From Selenomonadaceae bacterium UBA3796 (GTDB taxonomy: Bacteria; Bacillota; Negativicutes; Selenomonadales; Selenomonadaceae): DNA of 32,733 nt. Of the stretch, positions 8,554 to 15,808 are shown piece by piece. Every line of letters starts with the position of its first letter. The first letter of the stretch is position 1. The position numbers and the translations under genes are program-made. The stretch spans positions 1-32,733 of the forward strand of contig DFES01000196.1 in NCBI GenBank assembly GCA_002369175.1, written 5' to 3'. The notes beneath the pieces were generated by a model. That model made no database searches and was not told the DNA's origin. It saw only the letters and a list, made by a program, of their open reading frames with translations.

Positions 8554-8582
8554 ATCATACCTTCATCCGAAGAAAAATGCAA
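8554..8582 (-). promoter_or_regulatory. Candidate sigma-70 promoter for the M48 protease / helicase pair
   Basis: The minus strand reads TTGCAT (8582-8577), a 17-nt spacer, then TATGAT (8559-8554), about 35 nt upstream of the protease start. Confidence 0.4.
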
Positions 8583-8627
8583 CCTTGCAGACACCCCATC
8601 TGCCCTTTCCCCGGCCGCCGCTGCCCA

Positions 8628-9833
8628 TTACAAACAAAGTATCTTTTCTGCGAATGCCGAACAGCCCAGTTCTCCCATCTCCCGGGCATAGCTCCGAATT
8701 TTTTCCATGCCATCCTTATGATGGTCAAGTCGTTCTGTCATCCGGGCAATCCCGAGAATCACGCTCTCCGGATCCATGCCGCTTTTGACCGACATCATCA
8801 AAAGAGCGCATTCCACCACTTTCCATGCCAGCAGGAATACCCTTGCATTCTGTTCCAGGGAATCCTTATAGGCATAGGGATAAAAACGAAGGAAGAACTC
8901 ATTGGCCAGATAATTTTCAAAAAAGAGCCGCCTGTTATGCAAAAATGTTTCCATAAAGAGAGGATATTCGGCATCGTAAACAGCCATTACGGCTTGCAGA
9001 CGCTCCTCGTTGGCAGGCATGCCATAGAGTTCGTGAAACAGCTCCACCATGATCCGTGCATGTTCGCAAAGCTCTCTGCCACAACCCTCCAGCTGCCGCG
9101 CAGCGTCCAGGGCAAACGCTCCGGACCGAACGGACTCCAAAAGCCTCGGAAGAGCCGTCCCTTTCCCTCCTTCCAGGCAGGACTGAGCCTCCTGATAGAA
9201 AAGGAGAAGAACGAAGAGACATGGCTCCAGTTCGAGTTCTCGATTCTGAAGAAGGTGAATGCCTTCCAGCTGCAACTCCTGCCATAGCTCCCCGCAAGAC
9301 TGCACCCTGTCGGACACATCGGTGTACCAGCCCAGGCGCACCTCCTCCTGCACCTTATGGAAGCGGAGGGGCTCCTCCTGCTCCAAAAGGCTCTGCAAAG
9401 CCACCGGACAACTCATAGTCAGAGACTGCACCACCGTATCCCCCACCCGATAGTTTACCCTCGGATAAGAGTAGCAAATATCTGAAAGATAATCCTCTCC
9501 ATACGTTGCCTGCATGCGGCAAAGACAATCCTCCTGCAGAAACGGGCAGCAGCCGTCATCCCGGAGCTGTACCGGATAGTTTCCCTTTTCATCCCTGACC
9601 GGAAAACGTCCGGCGATGTCCTCCTCCAGACCCTTCCTTCCAAGTTCCATGTACTTTCGGTGCGTCACAGGATCCACCGGCACACTCCAATCCCTGCAGC
9701 AATGACTGCCGCATATTCTTCCGTCACACCGGAACTTCGCAACGTATTCCGGACGTATGCAAGTCATCTCCACCACATCACAACCCTTCCTTTGCGCGTT
9801 GAAAAGTATCTCCATTGCTTTTTCCATGGGCAA
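8628..9833 (-). CDS. FliB-like protein (CxxCxxCC / YkgJ-type putative Zn/Fe-chelating domain; flagellin lysine-N-methylase family)
   Basis: The Cys-rich N-terminus reads FRCDGRICGSHCCRDWSVPVD...DDGCCPFLQEDCLCRMQATYGEDYLSDICYSYPR, which matches the FliB/UPF0153 pattern as I remember it. The ORF-track start is TTG. The first ATG is at 9827. SD is weak. Confidence 0.6.
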   Translation of the reverse strand: MPMEKAMEILFNAQRKGCDVVEMTCIRPEYVAKFRCDGRICGSHCCRDWSVPVDPVTHRKYMELGRKGLEEDIAGRFPVRDEKGNYPVQLRDDGCCPFLQEDCLCRMQATYGEDYLSDICYSYPRVNYRVGDTVVQSLTMSCPVALQSLLEQEEPLRFHKVQEEVRLGWYTDVSDRVQSCGELWQELQLEGIHLLQNRELELEPCLFVLLLFYQEAQSCLEGGKGTALPRLLESVRSGAFALDAARQLEGCGRELCEHARIMVELFHELYGMPANEERLQAVMAVYDAEYPLFMETFLHNRRLFFENYLANEFFLRFYPYAYKDSLEQNARVFLLAWKVVECALLMMSVKSGMDPESVILGIARMTERLDHHKDGMEKIRSYAREMGELGCSAFAEKILCL

Positions 9834-9892
9834 CTGCTATACTTCATCATAAGGAAAAGAAACATTCTGTCAAGGAAAAACGGTGAAACGAA

Positions 9893-10315
9893 ATGACAAA
9901 TGCCAGCGAAACTGCAGCCTCCATCTCCCGTCCCCACGGGCAGGAGCAGCAAATAAAAATGGAAATCCTCCAAATGATCTACAACGCCGAAAATCCCTTC
10001 GATATCATCTGCCATGTGGCAAGACACCTGGAAGAAGCCTCCGGTGAGCCGGGCTACGCCAAATATGTAGAGGAACAGCTTCGTGCCGTCTACGGCTTCG
10101 CCCTTGAACACAAAAAGCTTCTGACGGATGAACTGCACGAGGTGGAAAACCGCCTCAAAATCATTGAGGAGCGCAACCGCACAGGTGATTTCACCGAGGA
10201 AGAGCACACCCGCATCGGCTTCGCCATCGACCGCCATCAAAAAAACATCCAGCGCCTGAAACTCCTGATACAAAAAGCGGAGGCCGACGGCTCTCCTCTC
10301 TACTTCGATCCATAA
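9893..10315 (+). CDS. Hypothetical small helical protein (orphan)
   Basis: 140 aa ORF with the same C-ending codon bias as neighbouring genes, followed directly by a strong terminator. The mirror ORF 9764..10330 (-) is in the codon-aligned antisense frame and looks spurious. The start is uncertain. An alternative is ATG at 9959 (MEILQMIYNAENPF). Confidence 0.55.
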   Translation: MTNASETAASISRPHGQEQQIKMEILQMIYNAENPFDIICHVARHLEEASGEPGYAKYVEEQLRAVYGFALEHKKLLTDELHEVENRLKIIEERNRTGDFTEEEHTRIGFAIDRHQKNIQRLKLLIQKAEADGSPLYFDP

Positions 10316-10328
10316 GAAACACAGGAGC

Positions 10329-10376
10329 AAAAAAAGCGTTTTCCTGAAAACATCTTTTCAGGAAAACGCTTTTTTT
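10329..10376. terminator. Bidirectional rho-independent terminator shared by the orphan ORF (+) and the yabE-like gene (-)
   Basis: A perfect stem GCGTTTTCCTGAAAA / TTTTCAGGAAAACGC (10336-10350 / 10355-10369) with loop CATC, flanked by A7 on the left and T7 on the right. Confidence 0.85.
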
Positions 10377-11184
10377 AAATCAGCACATAGACGGTAATAT
10401 CGCGGCGGCCAAATTCCATGGCCTCGCCATAATCCTCCATGCAGAGGTCAATCTTGTGTCCAACAATGGCTCCGCCCGTATCGGCGGCGATTGCCTCACC
10501 ATAGCCGGGAATGTAAAGACGCGTACCAAGAGGTATCACATCGGGATCCACAGCCACAACGCCACGCTGGGCTACCATACCGGAAGCTGTGATGCCTGCA
10601 CCGCCGCCATCTGTCGGCAGGTAGGCGCTTGCCTCCATGTAAAGGGCATCGGAATAACGAGCCATGCCCCGTGACGTCTCCACCTGTTCTTCGCGCTGTC
10701 TCTCAGCTTCTGCTGCGGCTTCCTCCGCCGCAAGCTTTGCTTCGCTGTCAGTCAGTACTATATCGAGATTTTCATGTATTGTCGAATCCAATCCCGGAGC
10801 GACATCATAGTCCTCCAGGTTATAGCCCAAATCAAGCAGGGCTTCTTCCACTGTCGGCTTGCTGGTCAAAACTTCACTTACCTGTCCTTGATACTCAATG
10901 GTTACCGGAACAGTGCGGTAAACCGTGATTTCCGTCTGATTTCCATTTTTCTTCAAACGATACTCGTCCTTGTCCCCAAGCAAAATCCCTGCATGGCGCA
11001 GGATGCGCTCCGGGCTGACGTCGGCGGTATGCGTGTCTATGACACGTCCATCCACCTCAATTGTGACATGTTGAACATCCTTTTGTGTGAAACCTGTTGT
11101 CAGCATCATGAAGGAAGCTAACATCAGACTGAGTGCAATTTTTTTCTTGTTTTTCTGGAATACGGTCATCTTCCGTAAACTCAT
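10375..11184 (-). CDS. yabE: YabE-like cell-wall protein (N-terminal anchor, DUF348/G5-like region, C-terminal 3D domain)
   Basis: 269 aa. The N-terminal membrane anchor is KKKIALSLMLASFMMLTTGF. The C-terminus ASAYLPTDGGGAGITASGMVAQRGVVAVDPDVIPLGTRLYIPGYGEAIAADTGGAIVGHKIDLCM is typical of 3D (MltA-like) domains. SD GGGGGA lies 5 nt before the ATG. The position after tatD matches B. subtilis metS-yabD-yabE. Confidence 0.75.
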   Translation of the reverse strand: MSLRKMTVFQKNKKKIALSLMLASFMMLTTGFTQKDVQHVTIEVDGRVIDTHTADVSPERILRHAGILLGDKDEYRLKKNGNQTEITVYRTVPVTIEYQGQVSEVLTSKPTVEEALLDLGYNLEDYDVAPGLDSTIHENLDIVLTDSEAKLAAEEAAAEAERQREEQVETSRGMARYSDALYMEASAYLPTDGGGAGITASGMVAQRGVVAVDPDVIPLGTRLYIPGYGEAIAADTGGAIVGHKIDLCMEDYGEAMEFGRRDITVYVLI

Positions 11185-11231
11185 TCAATTCCCCCTTTCA
11201 ACAGCTTTGAAGAAACAGGCTGAACTCCCAA

Positions 11232-11260
11232 TAAATATCGAATAAAATGCTTTATTTCAA
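11232..11260 (-). promoter_or_regulatory. Candidate sigma-70 promoter for the yabE-like gene
   Basis: The minus strand reads TTGAAA (11260-11255), a 17-nt spacer, then TATTTA (11237-11232), about 48 nt upstream of the ATG. Confidence 0.35.
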
Positions 11261-11393
11261 CTTCTATGGTCATATTCTCCCACTTATATCTGAAAAAATA
11301 CTGTAAAAATGGACAGCGTCCCCACAAGTGACCGTTTTGCAGGGCATTCCTACCACTTTTTACTGAAAAGAAAATGAAAAGGCTTAAAGTCCT

Positions 11394-11433
11394 ATAAAAT
11401 AAGGGCTGCCGGCGAATTTTGCCGACAGCCCTT
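11394..11433 (-). terminator. Rho-independent terminator after tatD
   Basis: The minus-strand RNA reads AAGGGCUGUCGGC-AAAAUUC-GCCGGCAGCCCUU (13-bp stem with one G.U) followed by AUUUUAU. It starts 17 nt after the tatD stop. Confidence 0.75.
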
Positions 11434-11449
11434 ATATTCCCAAAAGCTA

Positions 11450-12232
11450 TCATAACGATTTTATTTTTGTATAGATATGTTCCGCATTTCGCGTGGTTTG
11501 GGCAGCAGCCTCTTCCAGGCTCACGCCCCAGATCTCCGCAACCTTTTCCGCCACATGGCGCACATAGGCAGGCTCGTTCCGCTTGCCGCGCACGGGCACG
11601 GGAGCCATGTAAGGAGCATCTGTCTCCACCAGCACCATATCCCTCGGCGCATAGGCAATGATTTCCGGAAGCTTTGCCGCATTCTTGAAGGTGAGGGGTC
11701 CATCCACGCCGATGAACCAGCCCATGCGAAAGATATCCCTGGCCATCTCCAGACTGCCGGAATAGCAGTGGAGCACACCGCGAAGCCCCTTCCCTTCCCG
11801 TTTCAAAATGGCAAGCAGATCTCCATGCGCCTCCCTGTCATGGATACACACGGGAAGATGCAGCTGGCGGGCCAGATCCAGCTGGCGGATGAACATCTTT
11901 TTCTGCAGAAGGCGTCTCTCCGGATCCTTTTCCCAGTAATAATCCAAACCGATCTCGCCAATGGCTGCAACCTTGGGATTTTCTGCCCAGGCTGCCAGAC
12001 GGTCATCATCCTCTCCCGTCATCTCGCGGGCTTCTTCCGGGTGGATGCCTACGCCGGCAAAAAGCCCCTCCATGGCTCCGGCCAGTTCCACTACGCGCGC
12101 TGAGGACTCCATGGTATCCCCCATGTTGATAATGCCGGACACACCGGCTTCCTTTGCCCGCGCAACAACCTCCGCCAAATCTTCAGAGAACTTTTCATCA
12201 TTCAAGTGGGCATGCGTATCCACGAGTTCCAT
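11450..12232 (-). CDS. tatD: TatD-family metal-dependent hydrolase/DNase (YabD)
   Basis: 260 aa. The N-terminal MELVDTHAHLND (HxH metal motif) and the blocks GIHPEEA, IGEIGLDYYW, LPVCIHDREAHGD, GVLHCYSGS and VETDAPYMAP are typical TatD blocks. The start shares one nt with the metG stop (TGATG). Confidence 0.9.
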   Translation of the reverse strand: MELVDTHAHLNDEKFSEDLAEVVARAKEAGVSGIINMGDTMESSARVVELAGAMEGLFAGVGIHPEEAREMTGEDDDRLAAWAENPKVAAIGEIGLDYYWEKDPERRLLQKKMFIRQLDLARQLHLPVCIHDREAHGDLLAILKREGKGLRGVLHCYSGSLEMARDIFRMGWFIGVDGPLTFKNAAKLPEIIAYAPRDMVLVETDAPYMAPVPVRGKRNEPAYVRHVAEKVAEIWGVSLEEAAAQTTRNAEHIYTKIKSL

Positions 12233-14181
12233 CAGCGCACCCTGCTTCCTACGGGCATGTCCACATCCAGAAGCTGCAGATCATCCTCATGAGAGGCCGC
12301 CAGAACCATGCCGTGGGAAACAATCCCGCGAATCTTCGCCGGCTTGAGGTTGATGACCATGACCACATTCTTTCCGATGATTTCTTCCGGTTCATAATGC
12401 TGGGCAATCCCCGATACGATTTCCCGCTTCTCATCGCCGAGATCCACCGTAAGCTTCAGGAGCTTCTCCGTCTTCGGCACAGGCTCTGCCGCCAGAACCT
12501 TCACCACCCTCAAATGTATCTTGGAGAAATCCTCAATGCTGATCTCGTCGTGACCTTCTTCTTTCTTTTGTTTTTTCTTTTCCCCGTCCTTCTTTTCCTT
12601 TCCGGACGGAACTTCCTGTTTGGAGGATGACGCTTCCTCTTTTTCCTCTTCAATGCGCGGGAAGAGCTGCTCCGGCACGCCAACCTTCAAATCCCCTGGG
12701 GTGCCGCCCCATGCCCGGATATCCCCAAGACTCATCTCTGAGAATTCCCCCGGAAGCCCCAACTGCTTCCATATGCGCTCTGCCGTCACGGGCATGTAAG
12801 GGGAAATGACAACGCTGATGATGCGAAGGCTCTCTGCCAGGTTGTACATGGTATTGGCAAGTTCCTGCTTCTTTTCGGGAGATTTCGCCAATACCCATGG
12901 AGCCGTTTCATCGATGTACTTGTTTGCGCGGCTGATGAAAGCCCATACCCTCTTGATGGCACTGCTCAGCTGCATGGACTCCATCTCTTCCTCATAGGCC
13001 TTCACCATCTCTGCCGCATTTGCTTTGAGAGATGCATCCACTTCGCTCTCACCCTGGGGAGGAAGAAGCATGCCGCCCTGGAACTTGCCGATCATGTTCA
13101 GGGTGCGGTGAAGAAGATTTCCCAAATCGTTGGCGAGATCCGAATTGATGCGGGTGATGAGGGCATCCCGGGAAAAGTTGCCGTCCTGCCCCAGATTGAT
13201 TTCCCTGAGCAGGAAATAGCGGATGGCATCGGCACTGAACTCTTCGATAAGAGCCAGAGGATCCACCACGTTCTTCTTGGACTTTGACATCTTGTCCCCG
13301 TCCACAATAAGCCATCCATGTCCATATATCTTTTTCGGCAGGGGAAGCTCCAGCGCCATCAAGATGCAGGGCCAAATAATCGAATGAAACCGCACGATCT
13401 CCTTGCCCACCAGATGGATATCCGCCGGCCAGTATTTTTCGAACTTCTCTTTGTCATCCAAAAATCCGATGGGCGTGATGTAATTCGTCAACGCATCGAA
13501 CCAAACGTAGATGACGTGCTTCGTGTCCATGGGCACGGGAATTCCCCACGCAAAGGAGGTGCGGGAAATGCAAAGATCCTCCAAACCTTGTTTGATGAAA
13601 TTGATCATTTCATTTCTTCTGGATACCGGCTGGATAAAATCAGGATTTTCCTCAATATAGGCGAGAACCCTGTCCGCATATTTCGACATCTTGAAGAAAT
13701 ACGCCTCTTCCGCCACCTCCTGCACCGGACGGTGACAGTCCGGACAGCAGCCATTCTCGTCGAGCTGGTGCTCCGTCCAGTAGCTCTCACAGGGAGTGCA
13801 GTAAAGCCCCTTATACGTGCCTTTGTAGATATCCCCCTTTTCGTAAATGCGGCGGAATATCTCCTGTACGACCCGCTGATGGCGCTCTTCTGTCGTGCGG
13901 ATGAAATCATCGTTGGAAATATGGAGCTTCTGCCAGAGATTCTGGAATCCCGCCACGATCCTGTCCACATACTCGATGGGAGATACGCCTGCCTCCTCCG
14001 CTACCTGCTGGATTTTCTGCCCGTGTTCATCCGATCCCGTGAGGAAAAACACATCATATCCTGCCAGTCTTTTGAAGCGCGCAATGGCATCTGCTATGGT
14101 CGTGCAATAGGCATGTCCGATATGCAGTTTTGCACTGGGATAGTAAATGGGTGTCGTAATATAGAATGGTTTCCTTTCCAC
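12232..14181 (-). CDS. metG: Methionyl-tRNA synthetase with a C-terminal EMAP/Trbp111-like tRNA-binding domain
   Basis: 649 aa. The HIGH motif is PSAKLHIGHAY, the KMSKS motif is DGDKMSKSKKN, and the Zn knuckle is CTPCESYW...CCPDCHRP. The C-terminus reads LRVVKVLAAEPVPKTEKLLKLTVDLGDEKREIVSGIAQHY. GTG start with SD GAGGAGG 7 nt upstream. Confidence 0.95.
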   Translation of the reverse strand: MERKPFYITTPIYYPSAKLHIGHAYCTTIADAIARFKRLAGYDVFFLTGSDEHGQKIQQVAEEAGVSPIEYVDRIVAGFQNLWQKLHISNDDFIRTTEERHQRVVQEIFRRIYEKGDIYKGTYKGLYCTPCESYWTEHQLDENGCCPDCHRPVQEVAEEAYFFKMSKYADRVLAYIEENPDFIQPVSRRNEMINFIKQGLEDLCISRTSFAWGIPVPMDTKHVIYVWFDALTNYITPIGFLDDKEKFEKYWPADIHLVGKEIVRFHSIIWPCILMALELPLPKKIYGHGWLIVDGDKMSKSKKNVVDPLALIEEFSADAIRYFLLREINLGQDGNFSRDALITRINSDLANDLGNLLHRTLNMIGKFQGGMLLPPQGESEVDASLKANAAEMVKAYEEEMESMQLSSAIKRVWAFISRANKYIDETAPWVLAKSPEKKQELANTMYNLAESLRIISVVISPYMPVTAERIWKQLGLPGEFSEMSLGDIRAWGGTPGDLKVGVPEQLFPRIEEEKEEASSSKQEVPSGKEKKDGEKKKQKKEEGHDEISIEDFSKIHLRVVKVLAAEPVPKTEKLLKLTVDLGDEKREIVSGIAQHYEPEEIIGKNVVMVINLKPAKIRGIVSHGMVLAASHEDDLQLLDVDMPVGSRVR

Positions 14182-14202
14182 GAAAAATGCCTCCTCAATC
14201 GT

Positions 14203-15081
14203 TCAATCCTGCCCCTCCGGTTGCTCCAGGATGGCAGAGTACACATCCCTGCGGCTGATGCCGAGTTTCTTCGCCGCCTCCCGCATGGCCTCTTTCTTTT
14301 CCATGCCCTGCAGAAGGAATGACCGGTAGAGCTCCACGGGAGTTTTCGGCTGTTCTCCGGAGGGAGATGACCCGCCTTCTTTGTATCCCTCCACCACGAG
14401 GACGAATTCCCCCCGCGGCTCCTCCTCTCCATAAAATGCGAAATGTTCGGCGAGGGTTCCTCTGCGGAATTCCTCAAATTTCTTCGTAAGTTCCCGACAG
14501 ACGACAGCTTGCCGTTCCTCTCCCAACACATCCGAAAGCTCTTTCAGCGTCGCCCGGAGATGATGGGGAGCCTCGTAGAAAACAAGGGTCTCCTCCCGCT
14601 GCTCCAGCTTTTCCAGAAGCGCCCTCTGCTTCTTCGCGGTTTTGGGAAGAAAGCCCACAAAGGTGAACCTTGCCGTATCCAGCCCCGAGCATATCAAGGC
14701 AGACAGCGCCGCATTTGCACCGGGAAGAGGTGTAACTTCAATCCCCGCCGCAATCGCCAGTCCCGCCAGGTGGCTTCCGGGATCGCAGATGCCGGGAAGC
14801 CCTGCATCACTCACGCAGACGAGATCCTTTCCGGACAACAGATGTCCGATGAGTTCCGGTCCCTTCACCAGTTTGTTGTGTTCATGATAGCTCGTGAGCC
14901 TCGTATGGATATGGAAATGAGCCAGGAGCTGTCTTGTATGCCGCGTATCTTCTGCCGCGATAAGGGGAACCTCCGAGAGAATGCGGACACAGCGATACGT
15001 CATATCCTCCATATTCCCGATGGGAGTCGCGGCAAGATACAGCCGTCCCGCATTTCCGTTTCTTTTTTCCCTTTCATCCAT
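14203..15081 (-). CDS. rsmI: 16S rRNA (cytidine1402-2'-O)-methyltransferase RsmI (YabC)
   Basis: GRLYLAATPIGNMEDMTYRCVRILSEVPLIAAEDTRHTRQLL is the canonical RsmI N-terminus. I prefer the start at M15 (15081, MDEREK...), which overlaps the upstream stop by 8 nt. The ORF track extends to 15123. Confidence 0.88.
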   Translation of the reverse strand: MDEREKRNGNAGRLYLAATPIGNMEDMTYRCVRILSEVPLIAAEDTRHTRQLLAHFHIHTRLTSYHEHNKLVKGPELIGHLLSGKDLVCVSDAGLPGICDPGSHLAGLAIAAGIEVTPLPGANAALSALICSGLDTARFTFVGFLPKTAKKQRALLEKLEQREETLVFYEAPHHLRATLKELSDVLGEERQAVVCRELTKKFEEFRRGTLAEHFAFYGEEEPRGEFVLVVEGYKEGGSSPSGEQPKTPVELYRSFLLQGMEKKEAMREAAKKLGISRRDVYSAILEQPEGQD

Positions 15082-15808
15082 AGATTCGTAAAATCTCCTC
15101 CGTGTAACTGCCGTCCTCCTCATGGACGATGAGGGGAGGCTGCACCTTCAGCCCCCCCGGCATTCCACCGACCACAGCCTCCAAAAGCATCATATTCGGT
15201 GCTTTTCCGGTCTTTGGCTGCACCATTTGGAGCCTTTTCGCCTCCATCTGGTGCCGGTGGAGACTCACCAGAATTTCCCCGAGTCTTTCCGGAAGATGCA
15301 CCATGGCAAAAGTGCCGCGGAACCGAAGGGCATAGCGGGCGGCAGCCACCACATCCTCCAGGGTCGCCGTAAACTCGTGCCGGGCTTTTGCCACACCGTC
15401 CATGGCATTCACCTGCCCATGCGCCACAGGGCGGTAGGGTGGATTGGCAATCACCACATCGAAACTCTCCGGGGCATAGATTTTCCGTATTTCCCGAAAA
15501 TCCCCCTCCCACAGGGAAATCTTCTCCTCCAGCCCGTTGAGGCTCACATTCCGTCTCGCAAGCTCCGCCGTAACAGGATTGAGCTCAATGGCATCCACAT
15601 GAGCCACCTCATCCGCCATGATGAGCGGAATCACTCCGGTACCCGTCCCCAGTTCCAGAACCCTCTGCTCTCTTTTCCATCGGGGAAAATGCGCCAGCAA
15701 CACGGCATCCATGGAGAAGCAGAACTCCCTTGTGTTCTGTATGATGCGCCGCCCGCTGTGCATGAGGTCATCCATGCGTTCAAAGGCTCCGAGCTTCACA
15801 TCCTTCAT
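15074..15808 (-). CDS. tRNA1(Val) (adenine37-N6)-methyltransferase-like SAM-dependent methyltransferase (YabB/TrmN6 family)
   Basis: 244 aa. SAM motif I is VLELGTGTGVIPL. The catalytic N6-adenine MTase motif is VIANPPYRP. An ATGA overlap links it to the ricT stop. The position matches B. subtilis yabB. Confidence 0.8.
   Translation of the reverse strand: MKDVKLGAFERMDDLMHSGRRIIQNTREFCFSMDAVLLAHFPRWKREQRVLELGTGTGVIPLIMADEVAHVDAIELNPVTAELARRNVSLNGLEEKISLWEGDFREIRKIYAPESFDVVIANPPYRPVAHGQVNAMDGVAKARHEFTATLEDVVAAARYALRFRGTFAMVHLPERLGEILVSLHRHQMEAKRLQMVQPKTGKAPNMMLLEAVVGGMPGGLKVQPPLIVHEEDGSYTEEILRIYG

Noticed and set aside
2245-10376. A classical tRNA-integrated genomic island or prophage remnant.
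   Set aside because: There is no integrase, recombinase or transposase ORF, and I found no direct repeat of a tRNA 3' end. The tRNA 5' ends, not the 3' ends, face the block. I kept only the weaker statement that it is an accessory-looking block.
11185-11449. A possible c-di-AMP (ydaO-type) riboswitch in the 265-nt gap upstream of the yabE-like 3D-domain gene. Cell-wall genes of this type are known ydaO targets.
   Set aside because: I looked on the minus strand for the conserved blocks I remember (ACGGGG.ACCC, GGGGUGAAUC, CCCGA...CAGCUAAC). I found only vague resemblances (GUGGGGACGC, GGGAGUUCAGCC), no CAGCUAAC-type block and no leader terminator. A plausible ordinary promoter sits only about 48 nt from the ATG. 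An Rfam RF00379 cmsearch would settle it.
11181-11453. 90 aa minus-strand ORF filling the tatD-yabE intergenic region.
   Set aside because: It runs through the tatD terminator hairpin, has no SD, is AT-rich with odd composition (F/L/I/K/R-rich), and overlaps the candidate yabE promoter. It is most likely a chance ORF.
14182-14202. T-box leader upstream of metG.
   Set aside because: Only 21 nt separate the rsmI stop from the metG GTG start, and they contain just an SD. There is no room for a leader of about 200 nt.
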